From: Lama guanicoe
Lineage: Eukaryota
NCBI GenBank assembly: GCA_013239625.1
Contig: MU054925.1
Span: forward strand, 3,232,829-3,296,828
Reading direction: 5' to 3'
DNA: 64,000 nucleotides
The first letter of the stretch is position 1. Every line of letters starts with the position of its first letter. This document shows positions 11,801 through 22,500 of this stretch, piece by piece. The translations under genes and the position numbers were made by a program. The notes under the pieces were generated by a model. That model made no database searches and had not been told where the DNA came from. It saw only the letters and a list, made by a program, of their open reading frames with translations.

Positions 11801-14800
11801 AGCAAGTGGCAGGTGCTCCCCGCCCCCACATCTCTTCTGCTCCACCCCTGCGGTCTCTTCCTTCCCCAAGATGCCCTTCCCCACTTTGCTACAAGTTGCT
11901 CCCTCCTGTGTGCTTGGGGGCCCTCAAGTAGCCTGAATCCTCACCTTCATCTCCATCGGGGCCCTACGTGTGAGCGTTGAGCTCTATGAGGAGGGCTGGG
12001 ACCCCCCAGGAAGAGGGCTGGCCCAGGCCTGATTGGTCTCTGGGCCTGGGCGTGCTTGGGGAATGAGGCACGTGCCTTCCATGTGGGGCAGGGAGGCTGA
12101 CGCTGTCCTCAATTATTGTCCTTTACAGAGATGCTGGGACCCAGAAAGAGTAAGTGGCAGCCATTCTGATGACACACATCTCTACTCCTCTACTCCACAT
12201 GGCCGTCCCTCAGGCTGTGCATTCAGTCCTGAGCAAAGCCCCGGGCATCATCCATCTGCCTGATGAGGAAATGATAGCAGAAGGCTTTCCTTCCCTGTTC
12301 CAGAGCTCCTCACGGCCTCCCACTGGGAACCCTCAGAACACTTACCCTGACCTGGGCCTGGCCTCCCCAACCTTATGCCACCAGATCCACTAGGTTCCCA
12401 TGGAAGGAGACAGAGAGGGGGCAGGCCACCCTGCTGGGCCACACTGCCATTCCCACCCCCTAAGAGGCATCAAAGGCTCTGTGTCCACTCCCGCCCCCCG
12501 TGGCCTCAGGCCAGCCCTCCTGGGTGGGAGGAACCTTGGAAAAGGAGCCAGCAGCTCCAGGGAAGGCCCAGCTGCCTCCCTTCTAACCGCCATTCGCTCT
12601 TGCCGGTCAGCATTTGTGTTAGCGGCCTCGCAGCCTTCTCCAACGCGCCCCAGCTCCAACACCCCACATTTGCCAAACAAAGTGACCTATGGTGAGTCCG
12701 TCAGGGGCTGGGAGGGGGTCTGAGGGACACCGTTGCTTGGTTGAACCCTGTCCCTGGCTGGCCCCCTCTGCCTGATGCTCAAGCTAATGGACTCCATGCT
12801 GTGCCCCCAGTGGACACTGACCCCCACTTCATCATCCACGTGCCCCAGAAGGAGGACGCCCTATGCTTCAATATCAACGAGGAGCCTGGTGTGGTCCTCA
12901 ACCTGGTGCAGGACCCTGACACAGGTAGGGGTGACATCACATCCTCTGCCAGACAAGGTGGGGCCTGGAATCCTCCACCCTCGCCCCCAACATTCAGCCA
13001 TGAACAGAACAGTGGCTGGGGACTCTACCTTCCCACCCGGTGTACCCATCACCTGGCTGGAGTTAACCTGCCTCCTTCATGTCCAGTCCACCTGTCTGGG
13101 CCCTATATAGGGCCTGCTTCATGGGCATGTGACCTGTGCAGCGCACAGGACCCTACACTTAGAACCCCACTCTTGGTTTAATACTCTACTGTTGTGTCTT
13201 GAAATTCTTAACAGCCTTTGAATGAGGGGCCCCTCGTTTTCATTTTGTACCGAGCCCTGCAAATTATGCAGCAGCCCTGCCCCCGCCTTTCCCCTTCTCA
13301 TGCCTGTGGGGGCCTTGGAGCCCACCTCCCCAGCAGGGCTTGGCTGATGGGAGCCACGCCCGCTTCTCCCACCCTCCTAGTCCAGTCAGGCCATGCTAAT
13401 GTTTGTTGAATGCCTCCTAAGGGCTGGGGACAAGGGAACTGAGACAAAGTCCCTGCTCCCATGGAGTTTAGGGAAGGGAGATAAACAAGTGGACACATTC
13501 TTAGCTGACAGTTTCAGAGCCTGAGATGTGCTGTGTACGGATAGTGAAGATGAGGAGGGGGCTTCTTGGCTGCTCAGATCAGAGGCCTCTGCAGAGAGGC
13601 CCCACAAATTCACCTGCACTTACTGTGATCTGTCCCTGTGTCAGGATCTGGGGTCACAGAGAAGGAGCCGTCTCAAGGCTTGTCCTCAGGGAGGCAAGAC
13701 CTCCTTTGGGGCCCAGAACGGGGGTGCTGAGAATGGGAGAGTTAGCGTGGTGGGAGAGGAGGGAGGTGGTGCTGCGTGCATCCTGCACCAGTCCTAAAGG
13801 CCTCCTTCCTTGGGAAGGTGAGACCCTCAGAGACCAAAGAGGGCATGGAGTGGGTGGAGACTGGAGCATCTCCCAGGAAGGAGGCTGGGCAGGAGCAAAG
13901 GCCAGCTGGTGGGGCTCTAGAGAGAGCTGGCCTCCTTGACCTGGATGTCCCACCTTGCACCCACTGCAGGCTTCTCAGTGAATGGGCAGCTCATTGGCAA
14001 GGAGGCCCGGAGCCCTGGACAGCATGACGCCACGTACTTTGGACGGCTGGGGATCGCAAACCCCGCAACAGGCTTTCAGCTGGAAGTGACTCCTCAGAAC
14101 ATTACGCTGAACCCTGGCTCCGGTGGACCTGTGTTCTCCTGGAGGGACCAGGCCTCACTGCGGCAGGACGAGTAACTAGGCTGGGGCCACAGCTGGGTGC
14201 GGTGAGGGCCAAGACAAAGGCCCAGAGCTGCTTGAGCCTGCTGGGCCCTCATCCCCCCCTGACTGAGCTATGTCAGTGACCGATGTCCGTGTGGGCTGTG
14301 CAGACATGTCAGGCCCTGTGGTTCCTGGACACGTGCTTTGGACCTGGCTGCCTAGATGTCCGTGCTCCCATGACACTCCCGCCCTCAGTCCACCCCCATC
14401 TCCACCAAACAAAGCCTACCTCTTCCGTGAAGCCATCCTAGTCTCTTCCTCTGCTGAACTCCAGCCTTTTCTGGGCTTCTCTTGCAACATCTGTCTTAGT
14501 ATGCCTTGTCACGTCTCCCTCCCTCCCTCCCTCCCTCTCTTCCTTCCTTCCACAATCTCTGCTGAGCACCAGAGCCCAACATGGGGTAGCAGAGCTATAG
14601 GGTGAGGTTGGCAGAGTGTGATGTGGAGGACACAGATAATGAGTGGGCATCAAAGAACACAGACTCAGACAGGCTGGAGTCCAAGTCCTGGCTCTACTGC
14701 TTACCAGCTGTGTGACCTTGGGCAAGTTGTTTAACCTCTCTGAGCCTCAGTTCTCATAGGATAAGAGTGGGAATTGAATGATGCAGTTTGCACAGAGCGC

Positions 14801-16165
14801 TTAGCACAGGATCTAACACACTATAAGGGTCCCATACATAATAGCAACACATGGGAAGGAGCATGGAGCAGGTAACACCCAACCATATGGAGATGAGGGG
14901 TTGAGACATGAGAGCTGGGTCCCAGAGGACAAAGATGGCTGGCTGGAGGGGGTGCAGTGAAGCGGCACCTGCCCTCATGGCCACCTGGCCCCACAGGGTG
15001 GTGGTGACCATCAACAGGAAGAGGAACCTGGTGGTGTCTGTGGAGGACAGGGGCACCTTTGAGGTCGTCCTGCACCGGGTGTGGAAGGGGAGTGCTGTCC
15101 ACCAGGACTTCCTGGGCTTCTACGTGCTGGATAGTCACAGGATGTCAGCGCGGACGCATGGGCTGCTGGGTACGGCTGGCTAGAATTGCAGAGCTGTGGG
15201 GTGGGGTGTTGAAGCCAGTGGACTCACCATGGGTCAGCAGTGCAGCCAGGCACCAGGACAGGTCCATCTCCAACGTGTCCTCCAAGGCTCAGAGCTTCCA
15301 AGAGGACTTGTCTTGGTTGAGGGTCTTATCTCTCAAAAAAGCTGCAATCAAACGCACAGTGAAAATGATGCTTAAGTGAGCCTGGGATCGAGTGGGAAGA
15401 GGTCCGATTAGCAAATGGAAAGGTTCAATAGACTCCCAGAGACCTCCTGGGTGGGATGGGTCATCAGCCACACCACTTCTCCTTGTGGCCTCCTGCAGAC
15501 CCTGCTCCCTACCTCTCAAACCTCCTCCTCAGCCAGATTCCTTTGAAATTGGTCCAAAAAGACAGGAGGTACAACCACCTGGCAATATATCTGCTTCTCT
15601 ATAGTAGGTGAACTAAAGGTGGCTCTTGATGCCAAAATTTATCAGAAATAGTCAAGTCCTTGAAAAAAAAATGTTTTAACAACTCTAAACCTCCAGTGAG
15701 CAGCTACTGGTTACAGGCAGGAATGGGAGCCCCCAGTGGTAATGGCTGCCTTCCATGTGCCTTTCCAGGACAATTCTTCCATCCCTTTGATTACCAAGTG
15801 TCCGACCTCCACCCAGGCACTGACCCCACAAAAACAGATGCCACAATGGTGGTGAAGAACCGCCGGCTAACGGTCACTAGGTAGGTGAGCTGCTCTCCCA
15901 GCATCTCTGCCCCTCGTGTTTCCCAGCGTTGGTCCAGGGCTTCCTCCAGGGATCACATGGGTGGGGTGGGCTTCCTGGGAAGGTACAGTCTTGCTGGGTC
16001 CAAAAGGTGATCGCAGCTGGCCTGTCTCTCCTCAGGGGCTCACAAAAAGACTACAGCAAGGACCCCCGACATGGGACTGAGGTGACCTGCTGGTTCATCC
16101 ACAACAATGGGGATGGACTGATTGACGGCATTCACACTGACTATATTGTCCCTGACATCTTCTGA
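2893..16165 (+). CDS. ITIH1: Inter-alpha-trypsin inhibitor heavy chain H1 (910 aa, 22 exons)
   Basis: Exons: 2893-3006, 3230-3250, 3504-3670, 4061-4165, 4518-4680, 5242-5355, 6701-6826, 6912-7028, 7732-7900, 7990-8115, 9049-9230, 9478-9663, 10730-10869, 11485-11639, 11737-11751, 12129-12149, 12611-12691, 12811-12924, 13970-14171, 14997-15169, 15769-15880, 16036-16165. All introns GT-AG; total 2733 nt in frame. Signal peptide [26 protein letters not shown] domain ([17 protein letters not shown]), vWA MIDAS DISSS, DPHFII autocleavage motif (12819-12836) and C-terminus DYIVPDIF match ITIH1. Confidence 0.97.
5968..6103 (+). mobile_element. tRNA-Ala(AGC)-derived SINE (Vic-1 type, camelid)
   Basis: GGGGAAGTTATAGCTCAGTGGTAGAGTACGTGCTTAGCATGCATGAGGTCCTGGGTTCAAGCCCC carries A and B boxes and an AGC anticodon loop. 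It is followed by (AAAT)n-CCTAATTTCCTCCCCCC and an (AAC)n tail. TSD degenerate. Same family as the copy at 18742. Confidence 0.85.
6627..6655. repeat. (AC)14 microsatellite
   Basis: Perfect AC run about 45 nt upstream of the ITIH1 exon 7 acceptor. Confidence 0.95.
8385..8950 (-). mobile_element. L2 LINE 3' fragment (approximate bounds)
   Basis: Antisense L2-like string TTTAATGAACTATGTATTCAGCACCGACTGAGTGCCAAGCA...AGACACGTCTCTGCCCTTAAGGAGCCCACTGTCCACTGGGGGAGGCAGAC. Recognised by eye. Confidence 0.5.
11253..11288. repeat. Perfect 18-bp tandem duplication
   Basis: TTCTGAGGCAGCTCCCCA at 11253-11270 and 11271-11288, in ITIH1 intron 13. Confidence 0.9.
14653..14830 (+). mobile_element. MIR SINE
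   Basis: Core CCTGGCTCTACTGCTTACCAGCTGTGTGACCTTGGGCAAGTTGTTTAACCTCTCTGAGCCTCAGTT...GCGCTTAGCACAG is the MIR consensus core. Confidence 0.8.
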
Positions 16166-16293
16166 GCCCCCGGCCAGCACACTGGTCTTCCTTTGGGACC
16201 ACGGCAGAGGAGGAGGACAGCATCCTGACCTGCTACCAAGGCCACACCTCTCTATCCAAGCTGGTCCCCTATGTCAAAGCACTCATGACTTCT

Positions 16294-16299
16294 ATTAAA
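16294..16299 (+). terminator. ITIH1 polyadenylation signal (ATTAAA)
   Basis: ATTAAA about 130 nt after the stop codon, followed by GT-rich sequence (GGTTGCTTTTGGGG). Confidence 0.7.
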
Positions 16300-18741
16300 G
16301 AGAGGCTATGTCCAGTACAGGCTGGTTGCTTTTGGGGAGAGAGGATGGCAGGCAGGCAACTCAAGATATTGCCCCTTAGAAGGGCTCAGGAGACACAGCA
16401 GACCTGGAGGCTTGGAAGGAGCCCACACGCCACCCTGTTCTCTGTAGCTGCCTGGCCCCATGCCCTCTGAGTGCCCTGAGGGTCCCGTGCACACAGTTCC
16501 CCCTACAGGTCCAGAGACCAAAGGACACTCTGGCAGCACATACAGGAAGGACCAGCAACGGCCACAGCTGACCAGGTGCTTCCTGTAGCCAGGCACCGTT
16601 CTAAGTGCCTCAGCTGAATTAACGAAATGTATGTTCCCAGCAGCCCTTGGGGATACTCTTATCATAACCTTTACAGCCGAGGTTAGGTAATTTGTCCCAA
16701 ATAACACTCATCTTGTAATTGGGAGAGCTGGAACTTGAACCCATGCTGTCTGGCATCAACATCTGCGTGCTTAACCAGCCCATGTAAATACTCCTGTCAG
16801 GCTAGGGGGCTGATGGCCAAAGCCTGTTGGGATTTGCTTCTAGATAGCCCGAAGTATACTTAAAATGAGCATATGAAAGAAACACATGAACTATACATGG
16901 ACTTGGGAGACTGAAGAAGTCCTACCGGGAGCTAGGGGCTTACCCACTGGGGTCAGGGCCTCAGGGGGCAGTTCCTGGGCTTCCACTTTCCACTCCATTT
17001 CTCAGCCAGGGGTTTGCAACCTCTGACAGCAGGCACAATATTTCCCCAAAGCAGGGACGGCCACTGCCCAGAAGCTGTGATTTCAGGGACCAGGAATAGC
17101 AGTTCTCTGACTCCTCACACTGATGCCTGGAATTACGCCTTCCATGCTCCTTCCCTGGGCTTTGTCTTGGGGCCCAGTTAAAGTGCAACATCACCAGGGG
17201 CTGGGAGGTGAGCTTGCACTTTGGCAACCCCTGGCCTTTCCAGTGAAGATTGTTGGGCCTCTGCCTGCTCCTTTCCAAAGGGTTTCTGCTCTTTTTTTTT
17301 TTTTTCTGCTGGCTTCTGTCCAGTTCCCACTCTAAATGAGGCTGGTGAGGGCCTAGGTCAACAACACAAATGCTGAGATCCAGGGCTGCCCCAGGCCCAG
17401 GACACAGAGCCCTGGATGGCAGGCTAAGGACATTCAGTGGAGTTGGTCCGGAGTATCCTGGGCTTCTCAAGGGAGAGCCATGGGCTGCCAGCAGGCTGGT
17501 CACCCTGAGCAAGGCCCAGCCCCACTGGGGCCTTATTTTCCCATCCTGAAGAGCAGAAATGGGGTGAAGCTGAAGATCTTTCAGATTCCATTTAATTCTA
17601 GATTTTATATGATGACTCTGGGTCTGTTCAAGTCCCCAGCCATCCCTCAGGGACCTCCTGAGCAACCTCAGAATTTCTTATTTTGAGTTGTCCCTCCCAC
17701 AGACTCCAAATATTTGGGGATGAAGCAGTAGTCTGGAGGAACGGAGCTGGGAGAAGTGCCACAGGCAGCTGCAGGGCCATGGGGAGGAGCTGCTGGACAA
17801 CGCTGGCAGGCTAATTCTGCCAGAGCCTCAAGGGCCCAGTAGTCAGTGACCACAGACACTGAAAATGCCCACACAAATGAGATGTCCTGGGAGCCAGACT
17901 GCAAGGCTCTTCTCTCTGCTCCCAGGTGTCAGCCCTGAGTTTGGGGCCTGCCAGCACTGAGGGCCAGTGTGAGGATTCAGGAGGCCTGAGGAGAACAGGG
18001 ACCCCTAGCTGGGCCCACACAGGCAGTTGCCGCCTCAGCCGCTCCTTTTGTTGGTCCGCCATCATTTTTCTTAATCGGCAACTCTGTCATTGCTTCTGTG
18101 GCGCCTGCCTCTTCCAATCACTAGTCTGCTCCCACCTCGTGGCTCCTGCCACCTCATGACTTCTGCTTTCTGCCTTCTGTTTCTCTGCCCTCAGCAGTCA
18201 CCTTTCACCTTTCTCTGTACATCTCACAGTCAAGTGCAGTCTGGGCTTTCTACCAAAGCCACGGTACAACCCGTAAATTCGCTGCCCTGGGCCCAGGCAT
18301 CCTCATCAACTCCATTCAGCAGTGGCCGAGTGGGAGGTCACTGCGTGGCTTTGCTCAGAAGAGCCTGGGTATGGCAGGCACTTGGTGGCTGGTCTGTAAA
18401 GTCTAGGAATGCCAGGGACCTGGTGCAGCTCAGAAGGACCCAGCCCCCATTAGGAGGGGATAAGACCCTGCCCATAAGGCTCCCATTGTTCTGGAGCCAG
18501 AGCTCCAGTCTCACTGGAGAATTTTGGGAGAATGTTTCTCCAAGAGGCTGAGGGCAGCTGAGTTCCTGGCCAGGCCCTGGGAACACAGAGATGGATGTGA
18601 TACGGCCTGGCCCTCCAGAACCTTGGAGTCTAGAGGGGGTGATCAGACCCAAACATGCAAACCTCAACCAAAGGTAACAATCGAGGCCCTTCATGGAGCC
18701 TGGGGCTGGGCTGTCTGTGGGGATAAAAGCTGAAGACTTTT

Positions 18742-18861
18742 GGGGAGGGTATAGCTCAAGTGGTAGAGCGCACGCTTAGCATGCATGAGGTCCTGGGTTC
18801 AATCCCCAGCACCTCCTTTAAAAATAAACAAACCTAATCACCTCCCCCCGCCAAAAAATAG
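18742..18861 (+). mobile_element. tRNA-Ala(AGC)-derived SINE (Vic-1 type) with perfect TSD
   Basis: GGGGAGGGTATAGCTCAAGTGGTAGAGCGCACGCTTAGCATGCATGAGGTCCTGGGTTCAATCCCCAGCACCTCC plus tail AAAATAAACAAACCTAATCACCTCCCCCC. Flanked by direct repeat AGCTGAAGACTTTT at 18728-18741 and 18862-18875. Confidence 0.9.
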
Positions 18862-19463
18862 AGCTGAAGACTTTTGTAGGGGGCACATGAGCTGGCAGAG
18901 ATGACAGCTGTGATGTGCAGAGAAGGGGAGGTCATGCCAGTGGGAAGAGAGTGAAGTTCAGAAAAGCACATTGGAGCTGGACCATAGGACTCAGGGTTCA
19001 TCTTTTCCAAGGGTTCGTGGGAACCACAGAGGGTACTGAATGGAGATCTAAGCCTTAGGGTGATGAACCTGGTTTTGTGCCCTGGCTGCCTTGAGAAGGG
19101 GTGGCTATGATCCAGGAGGCCAGACCAGAGCCCACATCAGTAGGATGGATCAGAAACAATGATGCTGAGATGCCATTTGCTTTAAATGTGACTCCATACC
19201 CCACACCATTGCCCCATCTCAGGAATGCCGGGATCCACTTGTCAACACAGAGCTTCTGCTTTCCCCAGGGGCCTCCATGTCCCATAGCCACTGGGAATGA
19301 AGTCCCCACACTGTTGATGACACCCACTGGGCTTCCTTAGTACAGGCAGATCCAGGCTGGTTACTCTAGCCAGGCTCTAGCTTCCCAGGGGAGCCTCCCA
19401 CCTCCCACTCCTCCCCCCCGCGCTACAGGTCGATGACCCCACTTGGAAAACACCAGGCTTGCT

Positions 19464-19471
19464 CATATAAG
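19464..19471 (+). promoter_or_regulatory. ITIH3 TATA-like box (CATATAAG)
   Basis: Lies about 35 nt upstream of the ITIH3 ATG. Motif match and position only. Confidence 0.5.
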
Positions 19472-19500
19472 GAGCTCGGGCCAGGCCAGGGTGCTCAGTG

Positions 19501-22500
19501 ATGGTATCTGCTCAGTGGCCCTGCCTTGTCTTGGCCCTGCTCTCCAGCTTGGCAGTCTCTGGCTTCCCGAGAAGCCCGCCCCGGCCGCTTGGGGTAAGTC
19601 TGCCCCCTCTTCAACATCTGGAAGGGGGGCTGGACATTAGCCCTTACAGGTAGAGGCACTAGGCTGGGCAGACCACTACGAAGGGTGAGGGCGAGGCAGA
19701 GGCTGGGCAGTGAGCTGCAGGGGACAGGGCTGGGGGTAGGAGGACTGGGCCCCAGACCTGCTGTCTAATCCTGGGCAAGGCTCTTACATCTCCTGGGCTT
19801 GTTTCCCTACCTGTCAAATGGGCGATGCACCACAAACAGCTCACCTCCCCGACAGGCTGTGAAGGACCACATCTGAGACGAGGGCAGAGGCCTCTAGGAA
19901 AGGCTGAGCTGAGCCGTGTCGGGTACAGTGGTGGTGAGGGCCTAGAGAAGGCCTCAGGGGCCTGGGCCCACGGAAAGGCGGAGTGAGTCGGGGTATATGA
20001 AGCAGGAGGAGCACTTTGGCATTGGTTCTCTCTGCCCTGCTCCCCTGGCTGAACTGGAGACCTTCTCTTCCTTTTCAAAGCCCTTCCTACTACAGGTGGG
20101 TCCTGTGCCCAGAGACCCCTCAAGATGTGTTTATGTGTGTGGGGGGGTATCACTGCTGAACCCTGGCTCTCCAGCCATGGTAACCTTGGCCTTGGCCTGA
20201 CTCCTTTGTTTGTCTTTGTTTCTGCAGAAACGGAGCCTCCCGGAAGGGGTGAGAACTTTCATCAGGGATGGGGCAGGGCGGAGCTGGTTGTGCAACAGCT
20301 GAAGGGGTGGGCCACCACGGCAGGCCCTCTAGCTGGCCAACAGCTTATGGCGCCCTGCCCTAGCAGAGCCCCTCTGCAACTCCAGAGCCTTGGGAAAGGG
20401 CGCCCCGGAGGGACTGGCCAATGCAGCACAGAACCAACTTCGACTTGTCCTTCCTTCCACAAACACTTACCCAGCACTTACCAGGCTCTGGGTGCTGGGC
20501 AGGGGATACGCAGCGAATGGCCCTGTCACACCCTCACGAAGCATCTTTATATCCATGTTTAACCCAGATGCTTCCCTGAAGCCCTGGTGGAAAGAGGGTG
20601 TTGGGGGCATGAAGGTCCTCCCCACACAACCCCCTGGGCACAGGGAATAAATGCCTGTTTGGGAGACAAAACAGGACAATTACCAAAAGACACAGGAGGC
20701 AGGCTGGGGTGTGTGTGAATGTGGTCTTTTCCAAGCTGAGGTGTGGAGATGAGCAGGAAGAGCCAGGGTGGGAGCTCCTGGCGCAGAGACCAAGCATGGC
20801 TGCAGCACAAGATGCACAGAGGAGGCAGGACCTGCCTGGGGGAGCCCATAGCCATGGGGAGGGCTGTCCTGAGGGTGGTGGGGACTGTGGGAGGGCTTTA
20901 AGTGGGAGAGGGACAAGGGTCAGACATGGGTTTTTACAAGATCTCAGTGGCTATAGCTGCACATAAACAGACCATAGAGCTAAGGAGGCAAAGTGGCCAT
21001 CAGAACAGTGGTGGCCAATTACACAGGGAGACACCACTCAGGCCTCTGACATGGGTGACTAGGAGAACGGAGGGGCCACTTACCATGCAGAAGCTTTGGA
21101 GCCTGCAGAGAGGAGCTTGGAAGTGGAGCAGCCAGGTGCCTCAGGCTGGCTGCTAACGACCCCTCTCCTGCAGGTGGTCAACGGCATTGAGGTCTACAGC
21201 ACCAAGATCACCTGCAAGGTGACCTCCCGCTTCGCTCACAATGTCGTCACCACCAGGGCCGTCAACCATGCAGACATGGCCAAGGAGGTCTCTTTCGATG
21301 TGGAGCTGCCCAAGACAGCCTTCATCACCAATTTCACCTTGTGGGTGTCACCACGGCTGCTTGCTCTGGGCTCAGGACGGGAGGCGGGCCCAGCAAAAGC
21401 CCCTCAACTCTCTCTCCCTACAGGACCATCGATGGCGTTACGTACCCTGGGAATGTCAAGGAGAAGGAAGTTGCCAAGAAGCAGTATGAAAAGGCCGTGT
21501 CCCAGGGCAAGACGGCTGGCTTGGTCAAGTAAGTGTGACCCACCTCCTCCCCAACACCCCCCCTCCCATGCCTTGGGGAGAATGCCAGGGCTGTCCAGGC
21601 CCTCAGAACTCAAACAACAGAACAGCAGCTACTGTTTCATTAATGCGCCTATAATTCTTATAACATTAACCGTTTTGAAGTTGAGGCAACCAAGGCTCAG
21701 AGTGGGTGGAGGTCTTCCCCCAAGGAGAAGGGGCTTGAACTAAAACCCCAGGAAGGGTGGGTTCATGCAGTCACTGTCTCACATCCCTGTCCAGGGCCTC
21801 TGGGAGGAAGCTGGAGAAATTCACAGTCTCAGTCAACGTGGCTTCAGGCAGCAAGGTCACCTTTGAGCTAACCTACGAGGAGCTGCTGAAGAGGCACAAG
21901 GGCAAGTATGAGATGTACCTCAAGGTCCAGCCCAAGCAACTGGTCAAGCACTTTGAGGTAATCAGCTGCTCTCCTGCAGCCCCTGCTCAAACTGCCAGGG
22001 CTGGGGTGCGAGGAAGGGCCCCTGGGCAGAGCCCACAGAAGGGTCAAGAATGCAGAAGTCCAGGCCCCACCACTTGGCTCAGGGGGTTTGAGGGAATTAC
22101 GGTGGTTCTGGCCACAGCACCTGGGCCAAGGGGAGGAGGCTGGGCTGCACCTCGCAGATCCAGGTTGGGAGCTGGGTCCTTGGGGACAACATTACAAAGC
22201 ATCTCTGTAATGTTTGTAACCAGGTACACAGGCATCTTATCTACAACAGAGTAGAAAGCCAAAGGAAACGCTTTGGTGGTGGAATGTGAGCACCATATGG
22301 CAGCTAGTGGGAGAGCTTTGGGATTACAGTACCAGTCTACAAACCCTTGTGGTCATTTTCTTGGTGGGAGACAGCAGGACTGGCCTTCACAGAGTTGTCC
22401 TAGAGGCTGGTCCCTGCACCATCACTGACCCAGCTCCTTGCCCTGGTCCTTGTCCTGGAGGTTGGCCTCTGCACTGCCACGGAATGACATCTCCTTATCT

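Noticed and set aside
16961-17665. 234-aa minus-strand ORF between ITIH1 and ITIH3
   Set aside because: Non-ATG start; the poly-K derives from a T homopolymer; no recognisable homology or splice structure.
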